DNA of 63,149 nt, counting the filler, from Reclinomonas americana ATCC 50394 (lineage: Eukaryota): NCBI GenBank assembly GCA_048213135.1. It is 5 parts of 2 records of this genome, joined end to end, with 100 filler letters (N's around TTAATTAATTAA, not from the genome) between each part and the next. Parts side by side here need not be neighbours in the genome. Positions count along the whole stretch, not along the records: positions 13,444 to 16,647 come from PS015241.1; positions 16,748 to 29,396 come from PS015241.1; positions 29,497 to 52,975 come from PS015241.1; 2 more parts are not named here. The stretch is one strand, 5' to 3'. A program made the translations under genes and the position numbers. Below are positions 13,400 through 37,886 of the stretch, in pieces. The stretch's first letter is position 1, and the number at the start of each line of letters is the position of its first letter. The notes under the pieces were generated by a model. The model saw only the letters and a list, made by a program, of their open reading frames with translations. It did not search any database and was not told the DNA's origin.

Positions 13400-13744
13400 N
13401 NNNNNNNNNNNNNNNNNNNNNNNNNNNNNNNNNNNNNNNNNNNTCTCTCAATTCTCACGCAACGCAGCAACGAGCTTTGGCACATCCTGTGCGCTCTTGT
13501 CACCTCCCCTCTCCGCATCATCGTCTCCTGCGTTCTCTTGGGCAGAGTTGCCCGGGCAAAACGCAGAACCCATCTCGCGATCGTTGCTCAATGAGAACTT
13601 TGAGTGCTTGGTGTTGTCCGCCGAGGAGTCCTGTCGATGCACTCCTCAGTGTCGCGCGAGGAAGGAGAGAGGAGAAAGCAGTGGTCTTGTACGCTGGCAC
13701 ACGTTGGCAGCGAAGGAAGAAAGGAAACGCGAGGATTGTTCGGC

Positions 13745-14200
13745 TGTCGACGTCAACCTATCTCTCGACGTCGGCAAAAGAGCCTTTGCAAGGGAATTGG
13801 TACGTGCCAGTAGACAGCTCCAGGCCTCTCGTGCAGTATACAGCCCGAAATGGCACAGGTTGACGTGGGGATGCAGGCACAAATGCAACTGCAACCTCGA
13901 CGTCGATCATTCTCGCTACAAAAAAGCCTCTGCAAAGGCATTATGACGCACCGCTGCATAGCTCCGGCTTCCGCGTACACTACATAGCTCAAAGAAACAT
14001 TTATTGACGAGGGAATGCAGGCACAATTGCAACTGCAACCTCGACGTCGATCATTCTCGCAACAAAAAAGCCTCTGCAAAGGTATTGTTACGTACCACTG
14101 CATCACTATACATCTCAAAGTGGGGCTGATTGTCAAGGGAATGCAGGCACAATGGCAACTGCAATCCCGATCGCGATATCGACGTCGCAATCTCGGCCTT
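13745..14200 (+). repeat. degenerate ~130-145 bp tandem repeat, with a dispersed relative at ~30745-30960
   Basis: ATGCAGGCACAA.TGCAACTGCAA at ~13871, ~14015 and ~14141, followed in two copies by CCTCGACGTCGATCATTCTCGC.ACAAAAAAGCCTCTGCAAAGG. GCAAGGGAATTGGT also occurs at ~13787 and ~30789. Confidence 0.75.
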
Positions 14201-14259
14201 CCTCGCGACAAGAAAGCTCCTGCAAGGAGGGAACAGGTAGACCAGGGCTTCCGCGCACG

Positions 14260-17200
14260 TCATACTACGGACGCCGGAGAAACGCCATCGACTGCCGAGA
14301 ACAAGCGACCCTCAAGCAGCTGTGTACACGTCTTGCGCTGCGGTGCCTTCACATCCAGCATCGCCTCCGACAATTCCACAGCAGACGCAGCACTGTCGCC
14401 AAAGCAATCACGAACGTCGCTAATCAGGCAACGCACAGTGGATTCCCAGTTGCCGCCACCAGCGCGATGCGCCTCCTCCTCGATGCCATGGCGCCACTTG
14501 AACATCGCTGAACACCCACTGGGAGCCAGTCGTGCGAGCCAGGCACCAAGAGTGACACCGAGGCTCCACGTGTCCACTCGTTCATCACCACAATCGCTGC
14601 CCACAATCTCCGGTGCCTGCGCCACACATGGTCGCAATAAGCAGAAAACACCACGGCAAGCCGTGCGGCATTCAGCAGTACCTGATATCCCATCGTTCCA
14701 GTGCCTGTCGCATGCAGCCACTGCTGCTCTCCACCACCACCCTCCAAAACACGCGCGTGATCAAAGCCAATCAGCACCACGTGTCCACTCTCATCTCTCA
14801 TCACATTCGACGGCTTCACATCGCAATGCATGAATCCGGCTCCGTGCAGGGCGGCGAGCGCCACACACACGTCGCGAGTGGCCGCGAGTGCCTCCTCGAC
14901 AGACTGCGGCTCACACGGTTGCAATCGAGGCATGATGTATCCGTACTTGCCGCGATCTGGATCGATCCAGTACTTCAACAGCGATGCTGTGTTGGGCAGA
15001 CGAAGCTGATTATCGTGGCAGACAAGTGAGTGACAGACACGAGTTGAACACCATCACTACAACACCAATCGCACAAACCAAGAGGACAGCCAGCTCGACG
15101 GGCAGGCCATTTACCAGGCGAGCCGTGGTAAAGTTGCAGTTGACGGTCTTCTCCATCGTCGACCCGGAGCCGGATCCACCACCACCGCCGGCGTCACTCG
15201 CTCGCACCCTTGAGTCTGATCCAGAGCCCTTACGGCTGGGACTGTCTCCGGTGCCAGATGGAATTGGGGTTTCGCCACGAGGCTGGAGAAGGTGCGAAAC
15301 AACAGAGTATTTCACGGAGTGATGAAGATGGTGAGAGCGAGTTGGAGCAGCGACGAAATGGTACATGACTCACCCTGCGGCAAGCTATGTGCAGCACCAA
15401 CTTTTCCAAAGCAGGGCACGGCAGCGCTGCTGTCGATGCAAAGGTTCGGGTAATCTCGAACAACGCCAGCAACACGACTCGCACAATCGGCCATTCCAGA
15501 TACCGCGAGAGCGAATGCATTGTTTCAATATCGTGTGGGATACCTTGGTATCGGAACAGTAATGTCGGCTATTGAAACACACCATGGATAGTCAACACTC
15601 AGTTGCTGACGGACAAAAGCACCGCACGCAAACCTTGCCGGCGATTGTTTCCAAGGTGGCCCTCATGCGCATCAGCCTAACGCAAGTTCCAGTTTGATGC
15701 CACCCGTAAATTCGATGTTCTGGAATCTTGTCAACAACTCTTCCCACGCGCTTCCACAAGCTGTGAGCCATCAGCAGCAGCACAGCAAACATGTCCTCCT
15801 GACTTTTCGTTGGCGTTGCTCTTCGTGGCTGCAGCTCGCCGATTAGCACCGAAAACTCAGTCGTCTCGTCAGCGAAGCGAATGTCGAGATCTGGCTTCAG
15901 GGCCGCGCGGCCGGCCGCCGGAAATCCTATGGCATCCGTGTTGCTGGTCATCGCAACAAAGTCGCGCTTGCACTACACATGAACCGAGATCAGTAGCATG
16001 AAAGACGACAGCGGCACCAAGTACAACGAACCGCGTCGCACACAAGCTGCGCGATCGGACCGAGCGACTGCATCAGCAACATGTTCTCCGAGACATCATT
16101 GCTCATAAGCCGTATGCGATGTAACAGGCCCAGTGGACACCACTCATGAAAATCGCCTAGTTTTAGGACAGCGGCAAGCGGCCACCCTTCGCCTGCAGGC
16201 TCTGTGGGGGGCGGTTGCGACAAGAGCGTCGAGGCTGCATTGCTGGATCGCAGCGGACATGCATGAACGAATGAGAAATTCAGAAGCGCAGAGTCAGAAG
16301 TGCTCACATCGATAACGCACCGACGAAGCCGCTTGTCTGCTCGCGCTTTCGTACTGCATTGCATAACATAAACAAGTGAAGAAAGATAGAAAAGCGAGTG
16401 AGTTTGCAATGAAGGAGTGGAAGAAGAAGATTGACCGTCACTGAAGACGCGCGACAGCAAGAAGCAGAGAGAGAGAGAGGGAGGGAGGGGGAGAGGGAGT
16501 GGAGGGAAGAAGTGAGAGCAATGACAATGATCGCCACAAGGCATCGACAGAGGAAGAGAGAAGAAATAATCGTCGAACGCTGCAGTGAAGAGTGGAAGAA
16601 AATTGACAGTCACTGAAGACGCGCGACTGCAAGAAACAGAGAGAGGGNNNNNNNNNNNNNNNNNNNNNNNNNNNNNNNNNNNNNNNNNNNNTTAATTAAT
16701 TAANNNNNNNNNNNNNNNNNNNNNNNNNNNNNNNNNNNNNNNNNNNNAGAGAGAGAGGGAGGGGGAGGGGGAGAGGGAGTGGATGAAAGAACATGAGCAA
16801 TGGCAACGATCGCGACAAGGCATCGACAGAGGAAGAGGGAAGAAATAATCGTCGAACGCTGCAGTGAAAGAGTGGAAGAAAATTGACAGTCACTGAATAC
16901 GCGCGACTGCAAGAAACAGCGCGCGCGCGAGAGAGAGAGAGTGGAAGGAAGAAGCGAGAGCAATGGGAATGATTGCGAACGGGGCATCGACAGAAGAGAG
17001 AAGAAATGATGAGATAGATGTAAGACAGATGGTTGAACGATGTGAACACTCACCTGTCTCCAAACAACTGAGCATAAGGCTGCAGCAGTTCGCACTTGTC
17101 AATGTCCCACTGACCCTCCATCGGAAAGGGCTCTGGATCATGCACGATGCCAGCGGCACGAAGATCTTCGTTTCCCTCCGCAGACAACATTGGATCGAAG

Positions 17201-17570
17201 AAGCTCTTTGTGTAGTCGATGACCACTGCATGTGTGCAAGCGAGTGAGAGCAAGCGAAGCTTCAACTCTCCAACGACAGCACCGACGAAACGAGTGTCAT
17301 ACACGGAATCGTCAATCATGTCGTCGCCCAAACATTGTCTTATCGTCTCTGCAAAGAGATATGTCATACACTACCCCAACAGAGAGAGAGACATGTGAAC
17401 GGGAGGAGAGGCAAGTGAGCGATCTCACCATCCACTTCTATTTCGTACGCTCCTGTCCTTACACAAACGCGCTTCACCGCAGGTTCATCGCTCTCCGTTT
17501 TCTCTTTCTCTTCTTCTTTGTCTTCCTCTCCCCCTGATTGTTCAGACCGTTCTCTCTTTCCACTCGCCAT
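14260..17570 (-). CDS. Crinkler/RHS-like PD-(D/E)xK nuclease-fold domain fused to a C-terminal protein kinase domain; possibly inactive or decaying
   Basis: Starts MASGKRERSEQ (17570). REase-like region SENMLLMQSLGPI...KPDLDIRF...VLIGELQP...SQEDMFAVLLLM. Kinase region LAALHGAGFMHCDVKPSNVM...LIGFDHA...GTGTMGYQ|APE...DTWSLGV...MLDVKAPQR, stop at 14260. Spans a spacer-containing gap inside an intron. Confidence 0.65.
16415..17010. repeat. ~180 bp intronic tandem repeat
   Basis: GAAGAAAATTGACAGTCACTGAAGACGCGCGAC...GGCATCGACAGAGGAAG...AATAATCGTCGAACGCTGCAGTG repeated at least 3 times on both sides of the gap. Confidence 0.8.
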
Positions 17571-18272
17571 CTCGCTCGGCGCCTTGTTTGCTCCCCTTGG
17601 TGACTGTCCCGGAGGACAGAACTGTGTAAATTATAAAGATCGAAAGAAAGACGAAATCTTGAAGACCGGCGTTAGGGCGCTTGCGATAACGTTTATTTGT
17701 ATACATGTACAAGGGGTCAAGGGTAAATGGTAAAGGGTCAAGGGTCAAGGGACTTAGAGCAGCGATTCCACGCACGCAGCGAGTACGCCATCTCGACTTT
17801 TTCTCGGTTTTTCCGTGATGTCTTCACTCAACATGGTGATCATCGTGCAGGATTAGTAAAGTTATTGTGGTGTTGCAAGTGTGCATTTCTGTTGTTGTCG
17901 GGTGTCAGCGAATTCGGTCATGACAAGTTGGTTTCCCGTCACATGCCATCACGAACAACACTCGTGCACAATGCTCGCCTGCAACGTCACGACCTACGAC
18001 GGGCACATGGCACCGCTGATCCCAAGTCCTATGTCTTCCAATAACAATGCTGCTGTCACTCTGCATGCGCACCGGAAACGACACAGGACACTGACCCTGT
18101 CCGATCCGCCAACTCTCGTCGTATCTCATCTGACATTTCTTGTCTTTTGCAAAACTGACATCTGTTCTCTCTCTCTATCTTTGCGAGCCTTGGCAACCTC
18201 GTGCCTCCAGTTGCTTTCCTCAGCCTCTTTCCTCCTCTGCTTTTTCTAATTCACTCTGTGGCGCTCGATATT

Positions 18273-30203
<11,931 letters not shown>

Positions 30204-31213
30204 ATGTTCGTGTAGAGTCCAAGGAGTATCTTCTTGTTCAAAAGCGGGGGATGATTAAGCCATCCGGATATCGATGCCCGTGCGCGCACCGACCCACTAG
30301 CGACTGCTGCCAGATTTGTTGAAATCATTCAAGCCCGCGGTCTCCAAGTATTGCTGACTGTGCATGTGTGGGCTTGAACTGACGAAGACGGCCAAGCACG
30401 TTCGCAGAATCTCCCTTTTGTCCCCTCTTCTCCCTTCGAATTCCCCCGGCCACTCCCCCTTCAGTGCCGTATACGTAGTCTCAACGAGAGCACGCAACGT
30501 TGTTGCTCATGGGGTGTGCCAATGGTCATCGTCGGCAAGGGATTTGTGGACATTTGTCGCATTATTGGAATGTGGTGAATGAAGTGTTTTGTTGTCGCTC
30601 ACGACGTCGACGTTGCATGCGCAATTTTGGACACAAAACCCAAAGGCGGAGCGCATCAGCTTCTGCGTGTGACGTCCTTGGGCCTTGGCGGGTACGCAGC
30701 TGTCCAGCCAACGAGTGCAACGGTGCATCGCTGCGCATGCGATCGCGCGCGACGTTGACGTCGATATTCTCTCAACAAGAAAGCTTCTGCAAGGGAATTG
30801 GTTTGTGCAGCATACACTCGTACTTCGCACATATGGTGCTGCAAGCGATGAAGGGAATTGGGGCGACGGGCAAGCACAAAGCGCAACTGCAAACTCGACG
30901 TTGATGTTTTCTGCACCAGGAAAGCTTCTGCAGTGGCGTTGCCACTTACTGTTGCATAGCTTTCGCGTACGTCATAAGGCAGGCCCGGAGAAACGCTGGC
31001 GCCGGCATGCGCAGCTGCGAAACGAAACATTGCATTGGACGGATTTGTCAGGTTTTCAGCTGGCGACGCCGCAGCGATCCAGTTCGTCTTGCCTCGTGGC
31101 CAGACTGCTCTCTCACTCTCTTCCATGGTCACTCGCCGCGCATGCAACTTGTGCAACAATTTTGGCGCGAAAACACAGTTTGTCCGGATCGCCACTCCTT
31201 TCTTGTTTGTTGC

Positions 31214-31680
31214 ATGAGACGAGCTCTCCTCTTCCTCCCTCTCATTACTGTCATCCTCCTCCTTCTCCTCCTCTCCCTCGCATGCATACACGCGCAGGGC
31301 AGTGAGAACGGTGACAGCAATGACGATGACTTTGTGCGTGCGAGGAGATATGGTGTGTGGAGCATCAGGGTGCATGTGTGGTCACCGGCCTTTGCGGGTG
31401 GCTACCCGCTGCCGAAGGAGGAGGCGTTCCCGGTGGAGGTTTCGTGGAGGGATAAGTCGATTCGCACCTTGAAGGAGGCGGGTGAGTGATTGAGAGGAGA
31501 GAGTGGGAGAGAGAGAGAGAGAGAAGGAGGGAGAGAGGTAGAGAGAAGGAGGGAGAGAAGAGAGGGAGTGCATTCTTCGTCAGCAGAAGCCACTGTTGCG
31601 CCTTCTCGATCATCTTCCTTTGATTCTTTCCACGCAAGCCACTCGTCAGTCGAGAAGGGAGAGAGAGATCGGGGAGAGAG

Positions 31681-31714
<34 letters not shown>

Positions 31715-33903
31715 TGGGGAGAAGAGGCATGAGCAGAACAGTTGTCTCGTGATCTTCACAGCCTTGTTCTTCAACTGCTGTGATCGTCCTCCTTCAATCC
31801 CTCTCCTTCAATCTTTGCAGTGCACCCATCATGATTGTTCCTCGTCCCTCCCCTCCTCTCTCTCCCCCTTCCCCTCCCTCCCCTCACTCCCCTTGCTTCA
31901 TTCGCCTCAGTCGACACCGCCCTCCAACTACGCCCACCACCATTCCCCGTGGACGCCTCTCACGTGCGCGCACGAGCTCACCACGAGATGCTTATCGCCG
32001 GCCTTGGTCGCTGCAAGCACCACCGACCGCACCTGCAGCAAGAGTCGTTTGTCACACACGTCACGGTGGGGCACTTGCCGTCGGCGCAACAGAGACGCGT
32101 CGGTCTGCTCATTCGCGGACGAGTGTTTGTGCTGTACGTGGCCGCCGATGGCAGCGATGCCGAATACGTTGGTTTGTTTTACGCTCCGCCTCCTTTTGTT
32201 TCTCACGGGTGCTTACGCGCATGCGACGCGCAGCCAAACAGTTTGCCAAGCTGAAGGAAGTCGATGCGGTGCTTATACCGGCCATGGCGCTGGCCATTCA
32301 ACGGCAGCTGGCGCGCGGGAGCGATTTGGAGGTGCGGTCCCTCTCTCTCTCTCTCTCTCACACTCATAAACACACCTCTCCCTTCTTCTCTCTCACTCTC
32401 TGCTACTCCTGCTGATCATATCCTTCACTCGCCATCGCAGTTGCCTCCCATGGACGACGCGTTGTCACGTGTGGAATACTTGCGCAAGGGCATTGCTTTG
32501 CCGCTGCCGTCTGGATTGTGGCTGCAATCGTACGACGGCATGTACGTGTCGCCAGGCATTGACACTTTTGGTACGATGTTTGTGTGTGAGGAGCTTGCGT
32601 CGCTATCAAATCGCCTCACTCTTTCACAATGCAGATCCTCCCGCCGTTGCCGAGCAGCCGTCGTTTCAAATGCGCACGGGGCAGCGCGTCGACGTGCAAA
32701 GGCAGGCCATTATGGCTGCCGGCGAGCATCTCAGCGCTCATCCTGAGGTGCGTCGATCATATGTTTTCTGTGTATCATCCTGCACTCACCTTACTTTTCC
32801 CCCACCACCGAAGTATGCCGCCCCATACCTCATGGTACGATCGTCTCCATCCACTCCCTTTTTCGTTTTTTGATGTGCTCACCTCTCCCCAGCCACCCTC
32901 CCCCGTCCACGCCCTCCGCTTCCCCGCAGCACCGCCACCCGCACCTGCCGACTGGACCGCCACGCAGCGCCTGCCATCACTGCGACTGCCAGGTCCATTC
33001 GAACCGCCGCATCACCGCCGCACCCTACCATTCACGTGCGGCATGTGGCGCGGTCTCAGCACGAAGCACGACAGGCGCGGCGAGCCGCCACCACTGCAAT
33101 GCGTGGTGTGTGGGTCGCGCTTTGTGCGCGCACACCCACCACCACCACTGGGTGCGCGTGTGGTGACGGTGCTGGGTGTGCACTCGGGGCCTTCCGCTGT
33201 CTCGCTGTCGCAGCGTGACATGATCCGCGCCACGTGGATGCAGTACGCGAACGTGTATCACGCCGAAAACAACCCGCACGGCACGGTGCAAGTTGTGTTC
33301 GTGATGGGACGACCGCACTCGGCGGCCGCGGCACGCGAGCTGCACGCTGAGTCGGCCAAGTCTGGCGACATGTTCTTCATGGACATGCACGAGAATGTGC
33401 ACAATGGCAAGAGCCGCGAGTGGATCTCGCTGGCACACGACTCTTACCGGCACACCACCGTGCGCTACCTCGGCAGCTTGGACTCGGACATTTTCTTGCG
33501 CCCAGTGCGGCTGGAGCGCGAGCTACGGGAGCGCCTGCCGCGTGAGCGTTTGCTGTGGGGCAACGTGCTGGCGGGCTTCCGCGCGCGAACGGTGTTTGAG
33601 TATCCGCTCGGTCCCACCGTCGTTCTGTCGTGGGATATGGTCGAGTGGTTGCGCCGCCCATCCTCCGCATCGTCTCTGGATCGCTTCGGCTCACTGGACT
33701 GCGCCATTGCCTGGCCCTTTGCCAAGAGCGACATTCCCGTGCACCTGGCCTCCGACATGCGCTTCCACGATATGGTCGGCGCCGCGCGTACGTCATTTGC
33801 CGAGCCTCTGAGCGACGAGTCGATCTCCATTCACCGGGTGTACACGGTCAATCAGGCCATGGCGCTGATGAAGCAATTCCCCGACGATCGTGAGGTGAGG
33901 TAG
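31214..33903 (+). CDS. GT31-family (beta-1,3-galactosyltransferase-like) glycosyltransferase with long N-terminal extension, paralog 1
   Basis: Signal/anchor MRRALLFLPLITVILLLLLLSLAC. Final exon has QRDMIRATW, VVFVMG, ELHAES...GDMFFMDMHEN..NGKS, the DxD motif LDSDIF, and YPLGPTVVLSWDMV. Confidence 0.8.
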
Positions 33904-34347
33904 GTCGAGGGAAGAAGGCGATTGTAGTATATAATACAAGCATCTAGACATTGAAGGAAGGGAAGGGAGGGATGAGGGGAAGAAGGGAGAGAGGGAGGAG
34001 GAGGGGGAAAGGAAAACAAGAAGAAGAAGGAGAAGAAGAAGAAGAGGCAGGATGAGGAGCAGGATGAGGAGAAGAACGACGATGATGAGAACGAGGAGTA
34101 CAACAATAAGAAGAAGGACAGAGGGGAGAGAAGGCGATTCTGCAAGAGGGTGAGGAAGAAGACGATTTGGAAAATGGCGCGAAAAACAATTCGAATTCTC
34201 CGGCACAAAAGACTTCGACATTCTCGTCACGTCGACCTCTTTCTCTCCTACATTGCTTGAGCTCGTTATGTCAGCAGCTCACGGAAGCACAATTACTCTC
34301 CTTCCTCAAACTTCATCGTCCCACTTGTCCAACACACTCAATTTGTC

Positions 34348-36834
34348 ATGATTGTGAGGGCGCGAACCTCGCCTCCCCCTCGTCTGCACCTCCTCCTCGC
34401 CACGCAGCTCGCCAGCCTTCTCCTCCTCCTCTTCCTCTTGCTCTGCACAGACGAGGCTCTCGCCACGCCCATTCCCACACATGCAGTCGAGTCGCCGATC
34501 GAGTTGGAAATGGCGCGAAAAAGCAATGTGTTGAATGTGACACTGGCGGTGAAGCCGTCGCATGCGTCGCCACCCTCGGAGGTCGTTCACCTCTACTTGT
34601 CATGGGTGGATCCGCAGATTACCACACTGAGAGAAGCAGGTGTGACTGAGGGGAGAAGGATGTCTCTCATCTCGTGCACTGTCCTTATGGCGCTGTCTTG
34701 TCTTTCATCCACTCTCTGACTCGCTTTCTGTGGATCTGTCTCTTTCTCTCCCTCTCTTTTCTGGCACTGCATTCTCTCTCGTATTTCTCTGACTTGTCTC
34801 TTTTCTCTTCCTCTGTCTTTCCTTACTCTCTCTTCTGTGGCACTGTCACTTCCCGACACTCTGTCATCTTCGCTGTGGCTTGTCTCTATACTCTGGCACT
34901 GCATTATGTCTCACCCCAACTCTCTTGCTACTTTTTCTGTGGCTTGCGTCATTATTTCCCTCTCTTCATTCTCTCTGTCTTCTGTCTCCCTGACTCCTCA
35001 GACTCACTATCTGTGGCCGTCTTCTTCTCTTTCGCATTCTGGTCTCTCTGTCTCTCTTTCTCTTTCTCTTTCTCTCTCTCTCTTCTCAGGCACTGTCTTC
35101 TCTTCCTGACACTCTGGTATGTTCTCTGTGGCCCTCTTTGTCACCGTCTTGTCTCCCCTCCACTCTCTGACTCGCTTTCTGTGGATCTGTCTCTTTCTCT
35201 CCCTCTGTTTTCTGGCACAGCGTTCTCTATCATCTCTTTTCTCGAACTTGTCGCTTTCCCTTTTCTTCTGGCACTGTTTTCTCTCTCTCCCGACTCTTTT
35301 TTCCCCTTTCTTCTCTGGCTTGTCTTTTCCTCTTCTCATTCTGCCTTCGCCTGTTCTCTCTGATTGTGTTCTACCATTTCCTCTCCTTCCCTTCCCTTTC
35401 CCTGTCTCCCTCCCTCTCCCTCCCTTCCCCTCCCTTGCCCTTCCCCTCCCTCCCGTCCTCCCTCCCCCTCCGTTCCCCTCCCCTCACCTGCCTGCCACAG
35501 TGACCCGTGCACTGGCGATGGACGCCAAGGCCAACAGCACCAGCATCCCCATCGAGTTGTACATGAACAAGGCGCGCCTGCTGCTGCAACAGCGAGGCTT
35601 GTGGAGGTGTACGCATTGCAAGGCACGACCGCTGCCGTTCACGACGTTGGTGGTGAGTTGAGCGGAGGGACAGCAGGGAGGGTGAAGCGGAGGAGAGCTC
35701 TCTTTGGTGGTCCATTCTTCTTCTCATACTTCTTGTCGTTGTTCCAGTTGTTCCCGTTCTCCCCTTCGTTTTCTATTCCTTCATGGCGTCCCACTCTGCT
35801 CTGTCTTTGTCGTTATTGTTGCTGCTGTTCTTGTCGTTGGCGTCGTCTCCGTCGTTGTTCTTTATCGACCTGTTGTCTCCCTTCCTCCCTTTCTTTCCTG
35901 GGTCCCTCTCTTCTTCTTTTTTTCTGTTGTTGCTGTTCTTTTATCGTCCCTGTTTTCCTCCACTCTTCTCTGTCTTCTTCTCTTTCTTGTTGTTCTTGTC
36001 TTTGCAGTTGTTCTCCACTCCTCGATTATATTCTCATGTTTCTTCTCTCCCACTTCTCCTAGAACTGATCGAAAAGACCACTTTCCTGTGTTCATTCCTT
36101 GGTTATCCGCAGAATGGACCTCTCAAATACGAGCAGCGACGTGTGGGGCTCATGTTGCGCGGACGCCTGTACATTCTCAACGTGGACATTGATGGCAGTG
36201 ACGTGACGCGTGTTGGTGCGTTGCCTGTGCCTCGCGAAGAAAAATCGAATCGTCCTCTGATACTAATTGTGTGCGCACGCAGTCGGCGACTTTGTGAAGC
36301 AAGAGGAGCTCGACGACGTGCTGCTGGAACCCATGGCAATGGCGGTGCGCTGGCAATTGGAGCGCAACACTCCAGAGGTGAATACAGCCAGTGCACTCGT
36401 CATTGTCCCGCTTCCTCACTTTTGCTGCAGCCGGAACTCGTTCCGCCATCTCTTGTACGCCTCGAGTACCTGCGCAAAGGATTCCTCGTTCCGCCTTCGC
36501 CGGGCGTCCAGAGAGACCGTCGCCGAACTTCAGAGTCGTACGTGATGCCCGGTTCCGAGTTGTACGGTACAAGGAATCCCACTTGCTGTCGTTGTATGAG
36601 CGAATGCTGATCACTCGCTTGTGGCGGTGCGCAGATGCGCCTCTGCATGCCGACCTGCCATCCTTCCGGACGAATTTACAGACGTCTGAAGGTCTCCAGT
36701 ACGATCCGCAGGGTGTGCTACTGGAGAGCGCTGCGTACGTGAGACGCAATCCGGAGGTCAGTGTCACAGGATTCTCTCTCATTTGCAAAAGAAACAGATA
36801 AGAAGATGAAGAAGAGAGGACGAGGATAAGGAGG

Positions 36835-36873
<39 letters not shown>

Positions 36874-37503
36874 AGAAGAAGAAGAAGACGATAGAATAAG
36901 TAGAAGAAACCAACGATAAGAATAACGACGTGGGACAGAGAGGAGTNNNNNNNNNNNNNNNNNNNNNNNNNNNNNNNNNNNNGGGGGAGGAGGAGGACGA
37001 AAAAGAACAACAACAAGAAATGCAAGAAGCAGAAGGCCAGAATAAGGAGGAGTGAGGGTAGAAGAAGAAAGATAAGAGGATAAAGGAAGAACAAGGACGA
37101 TAACAAGCAGAGGAATCTCCCTCTCTTATTTACGTTCAAAAAGTAGTAGAGAAGGAAAAGGCCACGAAAGGGAAGGAGAAGAGCGAGAAGGATAGAGAAC
37201 AAGTTGAGAGAGAAGAGGAGAAAATGGGCAAGAACAAGGAATGAAGAACAACAAGCAGAAGCAGAACTCCCTCTTCCTCCCTCCTTTCTCAGTCTTCTTT
37301 CTCTTCCCTTTCCTTTGTCCTTTCTCTCTTCCCTCCCTCCCTCCCTCCCTCCCTTCTCAGTCTTCTCTCTCTTCTCTCCCTTTTGTCCTTTCTCTCTCTC
37401 TCCGTCCCTCCCTCCCTCCCTCCCTCCCTCCGTCCCCCCTCCCTGCCACTCACCACCCTCCTCATATGTGCCCTTTCGCAGATTGCCGCCGCACACTTTA
37501 TGG
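34348..37503 (+). CDS. GT31 paralog 2, N-terminal exons
   Basis: Exon-by-exon similarity to paralog 1: LSWVDPQITTLREAG| vs VSWRDKSIRTLKEAG|; QRRVGLMLRGRLYILNVDIDGSD vs QRRVGLLIRGRVFVLYVAADGSD; VRLEYLRKG vs SRVEYLRKG; RRNPE|IAAAHFM vs SAHPE|YAAPYLM. Confidence 0.75.
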
Positions 37504-37886
37504 TTCGATTTGCGAGTGATCGCTCATCTTTCTTCGCCCCTCACCCCATCGNNNNNNNNNNNNNNNNNNNNNNNNNNNNNNNNNNNNNNNNNNNNNNNNN
37601 NNNNNNNNNNNNNNNNNNNNNNNNNNNNNNNNNNNNNNNNNNNNNNNNNNNNNNNNNNNNNNNNNNNNNNNNNNNNNNNNNNNNNNNNNNNNNNNNNNNN
37701 NNNNNNNNNNNNNNNNNNNNNNNNNNNNNNNNNNNNNNNNNNNNNNNNNNNNNNNNNNNNNNNNNNNNNNNNNNNNNNNNNNNNNNNNNNNNNNNNNNNN
37801 NNNNNNNNNNNNNNNNNNNNNNNNNNNNNNNNNNNNNNNNNNNNNNNNNNNNNNNNNNNNNNNNNNNNNNNNNNNNNNNNNNNNNN

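Noticed and set aside
13860-14200. Repeat-spacer layout reminiscent of a CRISPR array
   Set aside because: Core is ~90 bp and degenerate, there are only 3-4 units, no cas genes are present, and the context is eukaryotic.
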